From the NCBI GenBank assembly GCA_051294375.1, contig JBJCIZ010001089.1, positions 1-16,658 of the forward strand: 16,658 nucleotides of DNA. Direction: 5' to 3'. Positions 9,647 through 16,658 of this stretch are shown in pieces. Within the stretch, counting starts at the first letter, position 1. Every line of letters starts with the position of its first letter. The translations under genes were made by a program, and so were the position numbers. This stretch comes from Paraspadella gotoi (Eukaryota; Animalia; Chaetognatha). A model generated the notes under the pieces. That model did no database searches. It had not been told where the DNA came from and worked only from the letters and a program-made list of their open reading frames with translations.

Positions 9647-10090
9647 AGTTCGGCATTTTCTGAGTTTGTTGAGCGGCGCGTCAATATCGTCTTCAATTGT
9701 GCGTCCACTCTGTCGATTTCTCGGTCACTCAGTGTTTTTCGTTCTCTGACCTGAAGACGCATCCTCGCGACCTCTGGCGACCCATTCATAAAACAAAAGG
9801 AGCAAAGAAGAGGAGTGGTTTTGCTTCCTTTTGTCCTCTCAAAGACCAATGGAGAATTTTTTTTTATAGGAATTTATTATGGTATCATTAACTACATGAT
9901 ATTTAGTTATATCTGAAAACCCCAAATGAAAGGCAGTCCTTATGGCAGCTTTTTTACAGATAACAGACGTGACCGAGTTAAATGTCACTAAATGGGTATC
10001 AGAAAATTGGATGGAAACAGGATGGTACCAATGGTATTTTCGAACTCACTACGAGAATCCTCATGGAACCACCTGATTTATTCGCCATGC
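9647..10090 (-). CDS. Exon encoding a globular-looking segment, tentatively RA/ubiquitin-like
   Basis: Acceptor TTTTATTAGACAG| at 10091. Across indels: MANKSGGSMRILVVSSKIPLVPSCF../VTFNSVTSVICKKAAIRTAFHLGFSDITKYHVVNDTIINSYKKKFSIG/VFERTKGSKTTPLLCSFCFMNGSPEVARMRLQVRERKTLSDREIDRVDAQLKTILTRRSTNSENAE. The domain label is inference only. Confidence 0.55.
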
Positions 10091-10304
10091 CTGTCTAATA
10101 AAAGACAATCTAAGTTCTACAAAAATTTTGTTTATACTAAATAAATGAGTTCTATCTGTACATACTTAGAAACACAATACTGTCTACAAACTAACAGTTT
10201 CTCTTATATTTATTTCTCCTTTATTGTTAGTTGTAATGAAATTAAATATATGTAGATGGTGTAAAACTTAAAGATTAATGATTTTAACTATTTAAAGTAT
10301 GCAA

Positions 10305-10470
10305 ACTCTCCATCCCGTCTCGTCTGCTGTCCTCTCTTCAGTAGCATGCTCGCGGATCGTTCTCTCGGTCGATCAATCTCCTTCGTCTACTCGCTCACGC
10401 AGTCCGTCCGTTTCGCCGACGCCGTCTCATCTCTCGTCTCACTCTCTCTGACTCTGCTGTTATTTTTCTC
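10305..10470 (-). CDS. Probable acidic exon
   Basis: Acceptor TTTCGTTCAG| at 10471, followed by GAG/GAC/GAT-rich sequence and fragments DGLRERVDEGD and IREHATEERTADE. Confidence 0.4.
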
Positions 10471-10759
10471 CTGAACGAAATGCTAAAAATGAGCAGTAGG
10501 GGGATCCAAAAAAAAAAAGGTTTTTGCATAACGCAGAACTTTGTCAGAATTGAGACTAGAATTAGTTAAGTCTGAGGAAAAAGAAGTAGAAAAGGAATCA
10601 GGATGGTGGAGAGAGAAAAAGAGCGAAAAAGGCGGGAAAAAAAGGAAGGGAGAAGAAAAGGAAAGAGAGGAGTATGACAAGATAATAGAAAGAGGAGGAA
10701 GTGGAGAGGAGCGAGAGCGAAGTAAGAATGGAAAGGGGAAAGGGGGTGAAGAAGAAAAA

Positions 10760-11575
10760 TAATGCGCCTCCGAGATTTGGGACCCGGGTTTTTCCCGAGA
10801 CTTTACATTGTCGAAAATATTCCGAAAAGAGGAAAGGGAAGTGGAGGGGGGCCGGCGGGCGGGCCGTTAGGGGGGGGGCGGAGGAGAAGCAAGGAAAAAG
10901 AGTGGAAAGAGAGCTGTAGACGAATTTGACACTTATGGGTGGAAAATATAGAGAGGATGGCAGAATTGACAGACGCACGGACTTCTTCTCTTTATCATCT
11001 CCCTTACTGGTCAACGGGGTTTGCTCGACCCACAGGCTCACTCCACGCGGGTTGTGTAAGCATTGCTTGTTTTTGTTATTTTTAGAATTTTTTTTCCTTG
11101 AAATTGCAACTTTAGGAAATAATTGTTTTATTCTTTTTTTTTTGTGCATTGGAAGTGTTCCTCTTCAAGTTAATTAATTCGATGCTCCTGTTAAGTTAAT
11201 GTCCTCTTAATGTAATTTCCCTTTCGAGTTCTTCCATTAACATAACAATCCTCTTCAATATTCACCACATTTTTCTAATTTCCTTTGCCTGTTTTTGCTC
11301 CTTTCATTTCTTCGACCCCTTTTTCTGGTCTCTCCATTTCATCAATTCTCTCTATCTCAGATATCCCCATGCATCTCGACTCCCTCTTCTTCCTACTACT
11401 TCTGCCAGCCCCTCAACTTCTGAGAAGATGCCGTCGTTTCGGCATAACGGTCGAAAATTCATTGACCCAATGACGAGATGCGAGAACCCAGATTTCCTCA
11501 GTCGTGTGACTCCAACTGATTCCGTCCGGCTCGCCGTGGTAGCCACGTATTCGAGAAAAGACCGCGGGAACATAA
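10760..11575 (-). CDS. Probable large exon(s), error-disrupted
   Basis: Protein-like fragments FPRSFLEYVATTASRTESVGVTRLRKSGFSHLV, MGISEIERIDEMERPEKGVEEMKGAK, NVVNIEEDCYVNG, LHNPRGVSLWVEQTPLTSKGDDKEKKSVRLSILPSS. Boundaries are not resolved. Confidence 0.4.
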
Positions 11576-11911
11576 TGATATGCGTACATTTTTTTACTTG
11601 AAAACCGTGTTTAAAAAAACCTTAACATTCTAATTTTTTTCCTCCAATTTTATTTTCTTCTTTATTCTCTCTATCTCTCTTCTCGCCCTTTCTCCTGCGT
11701 CCATGCTGCCATTTGTGCGTCAAACGCATCAGGTGAGTTCGATCATGAAAGAACGACGACTCCTCACCCGCGGCTGAGTTGAAGACAAAATCGCCCGCCT
11801 ACCGTCAAATATGATTTTTCATCCTCTCTCTTTTCTCCTCCTCTCTCTTCTCAGTCTCCCTCTCTCTCCTGTCTCCCTCCACTGCTCGAGTATCTCTCTT
11901 CTCTCTCTCTC

Positions 11912-11954
<43 letters not shown>

Positions 11955-12689
11955 CACAGAACCAACAAAACTTCTGTTTGGTGGCCCACTGTCCGTAGCT
12001 TTTTTTCATACCTTTTTCATACCTTACGTCTTTACTTGCCTTATCTATTGTCGTATTTTCGTCGTTCCGTCGGTCGTCATGCGTCGTCGTTCCCTCCGTC
12101 GTTTCGTCCTTCGTCGTGCCGTCGCGTATTCCTTTATCCCTAATCTTCGGGCCCATCATCCGCTTATTGAGACTCGCATCTCCAAGGGAGACATAAAACC
12201 TTACTTAGAGTTTAAGCCTAGGAAAGGAAAAATTAAGAGTGTCACCGGATCGGGGGCCGAGAAAAGGATGAAAAAAGGGAGCGAAGGTGGGTTTAACCGA
12301 AGAGAAACTGTGATCCATAGTAAATGAAAAATGAGAAGCGCAGGCCTAAGCTTGGAAAATATAAAAACAAATAAGCCAATAATAAAAAGAGTCTTTGTTT
12401 CATTTCTCGCTTCTTGTTTTTTTCTTCTTTAAAATGAAACTAAACGACGCATTCAGCCGTGGCTTTTTTTGGCCTGTTTTTGCTGCTTTAATATTCTATA
12501 TTGCGCAGGCATCTTAATAATTCCCAAATCTTAGTATTACTGAGTTAGAAAAAAAGTCCTATTATAAATTCATTTAATTTTATCAAAGCGTTAAGAAAAC
12601 TTTGGTAAAGTATTTTATTTTACTTTGCTTGCAACGTATTTATTATAATTTATTTAGTTTTCTTAGGGTATTTTCATGATGTTCTTAAT

Positions 12690-13170
12690 TTATCTCCAAC
12701 TGTTGGCACTTAAGGTAAGGCTTTTCAAGTTTTTTTTCTCTTCAACTGACTTCTCCATCGGTTCAGGCACTTGTCCTTTCCTTCCCCATTTGCCCTTTTC
12801 TTTTAGACCTCCCCTTTTATAGCCGATTTTCTCGTCTCTCTCTCTCTCTCGTCTCTGCTCTCTCGTCGCCCTTCTCTCTCCTCTCTTTTTCTCAGTTTTC
12901 TTCCATCCCTTCTCAACCTCAGCTTTAAATCCCCTTTCTTTATTTTCTTCTACCACTGTCATCTTCTTTCTCCTTCATTTTTCTTTTTTCCATTTCCTTC
13001 TTGTTAGCTCCATTGTTTTAACCGCTATCTAGTTTAGTAAACACTCGGGTTGGAATCAGTCTATACCAAGCTTTTCTCCCGTGTTCATCGACAGTACTTT
13101 TTTTTCCCTTTTTCATAGCGCCTCTCATTATTTGGCGCCGCTTCTTTGTTCTCCGATTCCTTAACGCGTT
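12690..13170 (-). CDS. Probable Lys/Glu-rich exon(s)
   Basis: Fragments RVKESENKEAAPNNERRYEKG and GQVPEPMEKSVEEKKNLKSLTLSANSWR. The minus strand is purine-rich. Confidence 0.35.
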
Positions 13171-13289
13171 ACCTTACACCCAACATCACATGTTTTTTTT
13201 GGAACATCTCAACTTGATTCCCAATATTCGTACACGTTTTAGTCGTTTAAAAAAAAAAAAAATAGACGACCGTTTTTTTTTAATTTTCA

Positions 13290-13862
13290 TCTCTCTCCCG
13301 TTCCTCCTCTTATCCTCTCACATCTCCTCCGCTCCCCCGCGCTCGTCCATCTCTTCTCTCTCTGCAGACTCCGTGCTCTCCCTCTCCAGGCGTCTCTCAT
13401 CTCCCGGCTCTCTCTCTCCCTGCTCATCTCGTCTCGTCTCTCCTTTCCTCTGTCATCTCCGTCTCACGTTCATGCTCCCATCGCGCTACATGTCACCCCG
13501 CAGATGCCTCTGTTCCGTTTCGATTTTCGTCTCTCCTTCTCGTCCCTCTTGCTCAGAGAGCCTGCGCCCGTTTCCTGTTTTTCCCTTGCTTTTGGCCTCT
13601 CTACCCGCTCCGACGTCTCTGTTCTCGCTCTCTCTTCCCCACCCGTCTTCCTCCTTCTCTCTGTCTCTTCTCTTTCGTCTCTCTCTCTCTTCTCTCCTCT
13701 CGTCTCCTCCCTCTCTCTCTCGTCGCCTGCCTCCCATGTCCGCGTCTCTCGCGGCAGCTCTCGTCCTCGTTTCACTCTCTCTCTCCTCTCCTCATCTCTG
13801 TCTCTCGTCTCTCTTTCGTCTCTCTCTCAGTCTCATCTCCTCTCTCTCTCTACTCTCTCCTC
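13290..13862 (+). repeat. Largest of many imperfect (CT)n/(GA)n low-complexity tracts (others at ~481-685, 2982-3033, 3622-3873, 4195-4295, 6100-6325, 7680-7757, 9074-9180, 11820-11948, 14590-14670, 15458-15580)
   Basis: Directly visible polypyrimidine/polypurine tracts, frequently interrupted by CGT/ACG. Confidence 0.8.
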
Positions 13863-13864
13863 TT

Positions 13865-14322
13865 TCCCTGCCGGGCGTTTCGCTTGATTGTAAATGGAAT
13901 CCCAAGATGAAATCTTTTTTCGGGCCTGTGTTTTGGACCCTGAGGCTGGTTCTAGTTGTGACAGTCGCCGACGACCGAGAAAGAGAATGGAGACGACACA
14001 GGAGGATCAGCCGCCTGGACGACGATGACGGACAGAACTGGGACGATGACGGGCAACGACGACTTTGGCAAAAGATACGAATGCTGAGAAGATAAAACGC
14101 ACATGAGGGCACATCGGAAATGATTTTTTTCACATGTACAGATAATGTAATCAACCCAATTTTCCTTAATGACCGATATTACCTTCATTTCATTACCAAA
14201 ACAGCATTCGGTCGGCAGTACTCGGTCAAGTTCAGTTGGCGCTGAAGAGGATCCGCGCTTTTTTTTTAAGAACTTTAACTTATCGAGTAGTCTCAGAAAA
14301 AGGTGAACGTTTGAGGATTTTT
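13865..14322 (-). CDS. Probable exon
   Basis: Acceptor TTGTTTTCTAAATAG| near 14323. Fragments LRLLDKLKFLKKKRGSSSAPTELDRVLPTECCFGNEMKVISVIKE and LSRSSATVTTRTSLRVQNTGPKKD. It may continue into the GA-rich 13290-13860. Confidence 0.4.
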
Positions 14323-14780
14323 CTATTTAGAAAACAACAAAATAAATAAATAAATAAAAATTGTATGGGTTTGAATCGAATTTAAATCTCCCTTTTTTAT
14401 AATTAAACTTCTAAAATTCGTTAAAGATATTGATTTGTTATATTGATTTTTTATAAATTAGGTCGGTATATGTCATTGTTTTTAAAATCCCGCTTTTTCG
14501 TTCTCACACCTTTATTCAAATTCCATCGTTTTCCCTTTTTAGATTCACAGAGCAAAACAAAAGATGGGAAATTTTTTTTATCCTTTAAGATCTCTTCTCT
14601 CCCTCTCTCCTCTCTCGTCTCTTCTCTCTCTCCTCTAGCTCTTTCTCTCTCTCCCCTTCTTCTATTTTCTCTGACTTATTTTTTTTTTTTTGGCGTCTTT
14701 TCAAACCAATTGTGCATCGGATTTTGGCCTCATGGCAGCAATGTTCCCAACGATGCAATACGAGGTGGAGAAAGAGCAAC

Positions 14781-14840
14781 ATCACACTAAACAACAACGC
14801 ACACGTCCGGAGTAGAAAGAAAGAGAGAGCAGAGAGAGAT
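14781..14840. other. Second, degraded SMRTbell adapter-like sequence
   Basis: ATCACACT-AAACAACAAC-..CGGAGTAGA-AAGAAAGAGAGAG..AGAGAGAGAT follows the adapter order ATCTCTCTC/AACAACAAC/CGGAGG/AAAAGAGAGAGAT. The flanks show weak inverted similarity over ~100 bp. Confidence 0.6.
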
Positions 14841-15734
14841 GTGGGCTTCAGTGCATGTGTTTAGCAAACCCTGCTGAAGGTGCAAATAAAGGAAAAGGAT
14901 TGGGTCTTAAAAAAAAAAAAAAAAGGAACGCAAAAAACAAAGGGAGCCTAGAATTAAGGAGTTTTTTTTTTCTTTATTATTTTTTTCCTTTTTTCTTCTT
15001 TTTTAATTTTCTTTTATTTTAAATATATTTTTCTCTCCCCGGGAAACGACAGGCCGGGTTAATGGGTTGGGGGGTGTAGGATCCTAGCAAGAGGAAAGAA
15101 CGAGATGGGAGGACGACGAACGAGCGACGATTACGAACGACGACTACAACGGACGACAAACCCTGAGGACACCGACGGGCCGGTGTTTTAATTTGATTTC
15201 ATTTCTTACTTTTGTCAAATAATCTTTTTTTTTTTTTTTTCGTTGCGTTTGCATAGCTATCATAGTTAAATCCCCTCGATTCAACTCAACAATAATGATG
15301 TGAAAGTTCGTAAAATTCGAAAGACTGAGTTAAAATAAAGAGATAAGGGAGTAAGAGGGTGCGGGGGAATCTTCTTTCTCAGATGAGATCCATTCTGTTG
15401 CAGATTTGCTTTCAAAATTTTCATGACAAAAGGAACTAAAACCGGAGCGCCTTTAAACTCTCTCTCTCTCTCTGTCTCATCTCTCTCTCTTCTCTCTCTC
15501 CTTCTGCTCTCTCTCTTCTCTCTCTCTCTCTCTCTCTCTCTATCTTCCTCTCTCTCGTCTCTCTGCATCTCCTTCTCTCCCTATCAGCTCTGATTAAATT
15601 CTTTGCCTTTCACACCGCCCAACCCCTACCCCCACCACCCTCTCCAACCCCCCACTTTCTCTCACAAAACAGTGTTTGGGCTTCAGTTGAGGTCGGGGAA
15701 AGCCAAAGAAAGCGCCCGTTGCTTTTTTTTTTTT

Positions 15735-16046
15735 TTTTGGCGTCGTTGAATATACGGCTCCCCGGTGAGGCCACGCGATCGTGACCGGGCGGTGATTAGC
15801 GGTGACGCTTGTTTACGTCGGCAAGTGATTTCGGTGCGGGGTGATTTTTCAGCGTGATTTCACCCGTGATTGATTAACTCGCGCCCGGCGGTGAATTCTG
15901 ATTGGTGAAGGTTGCACGGGATTTTTCCGCCGTCGCGCTCTCAAGGCGACGAGAGTTCCTTTCCAATTTTTTTTTTTCATTGCTTATTTATTTTGCATAT
16001 TCTTTCATTGAATTGCTTTCCTTCATTTAGTTTTGGGGCCGGGATC
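15735..16046 (-). CDS. Probable exon with Ser-Pro / Lys-Ser-Pro-like repeats
   Basis: Acceptor TTTTTTCTACTGCAG| at 16047. Fragments IPAPKLNEGKQFNE, RRLESATAEKSRATF, ASPGSRIFNDAKK, and ten TCAC motifs. Confidence 0.4.
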
Positions 16047-16224
16047 TGCAGTAGAAAAAAAAAAATACCATACGACATAAAATTTTTTTTTTTAAAATTT
16101 GAAATTTTTTCAAAAAAAAAAGAATTTCAAAGAACAAGCCTCAATTTTCAAATGCGGAGTGCGAGGACCGTGAAAAAACTTTCCCATCAAAAAGAGGCGA
16201 AATAAAAAAAAAAAAAAAGGGAAA

Positions 16225-16470
16225 ACATTGGCTCAACCTCTTGTTTTTTTTTCTATTTCTATTCCATATAATCGATTTTCTCGCTAAGGCTTGTTTAATG
16301 AAAATGTATCCCTCTGGAGGCGAGTTCGTCCTCCTCACGAAATCCACGACTGCGAAATCAAATTCCTCCGGAAAATGTCATCAGGCGCGTGCTTCGTCGT
16401 GATTGCTGTAGGGCTCGTCCCTATCACTGTCAACTAACCGACGCAAGAACACTAATACGCCGGAGGTCAT
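16225..16470 (-). CDS. Probable acidic exon fragment
   Basis: Fragments LVDSDRDEPYSNHDEAR, FPEEFDFA, GFREEDELASRG, SLSEKIDYME across frameshifts. Confidence 0.35.
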
Positions 16471-16507
16471 ATTTTTTATCTTTTTTTCGTTGTCCGCTCC
16501 CTGTTCG

Positions 16508-16546
16508 CCCCGCTCCCCGCTCCCCACGCTCCCCGCTCCCGCTCCC
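16508..16546 (+). repeat. Short (CCCCGCT)-type tandem repeat, ~5 units
   Basis: Directly visible ccccgctccccgctccccacgctccccgctcccgctccc. Confidence 0.7.
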
Positions 16547-16658
16547 TAAAAAAAAAATGAGCCGGCGTCGTCATTTTTTCGTGTTAGCGGCATGGTTACA
16601 GCGGTCGGTAGGGGGCGCCCCAATCTATCGGACCTCGGCTGTGGGCTCTTTCTTTCGG

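Noticed and set aside
9960-10076. Plus-strand Trp-rich frame ITDVTELNVTKWVSENWMETGWYQWYFR after a TTTTACAG
   Set aside because: It is short and overlaps a longer minus-strand exon consistent with neighbouring exons. It is not fully excluded.
11940-11975. Possible third adapter (tctctctcacacaacacagaaccaacaaaac), also ttgttgttgtt at ~7150
   Set aside because: Neither has the GGAGG/AAAAGAGAGAGAT half or inverted flanks. The 7150 tract is explained by Asn codons.
13190-14095. Longest ORF (301 aa, + strand)
   Set aside because: It is mostly Ser/Leu from a CT tract. Splice signals and protein-like fragments favour the minus strand.

Overview
This window is eukaryotic genomic DNA (GT-AG introns, AT-rich introns, CpG not visibly depleted) at raw or unpolished long-read quality, with frequent indels. 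The most striking structure is a ~2.1 kb palindrome (1-~2160), and it is very probably a sequencing artefact. Its centre (971-1043) is a noisy copy of the PacBio SMRTbell hairpin adapter, so the two arms are two passes over one molecule. A second degraded adapter-like stretch lies at 14781-14840. Under the noise, most of ~3500-16500 reads as a multi-exon protein-coding locus (one gene, possibly two) on the minus strand. Several exons have recognisable acceptor and donor sites, and the junctions at 8827/8427 and 8155/7980 are phase-compatible. The encoded protein is largely low-complexity (S/P-rich and E/K/R-rich). One segment (9647-10090 plus 8827-8999) loosely resembles a Ras-association (RA) fold followed by a SARAH-like helix, but I cannot name the gene. 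Many (GA)n/(CT)n tracts may be collapsed GAG/GAC/TCC codon runs rather than true microsatellites. Most ORFs in the supplied track are spurious or are frameshifted exon fragments. I see no prokaryotic genes, rRNA, tRNA, CRISPR array or transposase, and no supportable evidence of a novel biological system.
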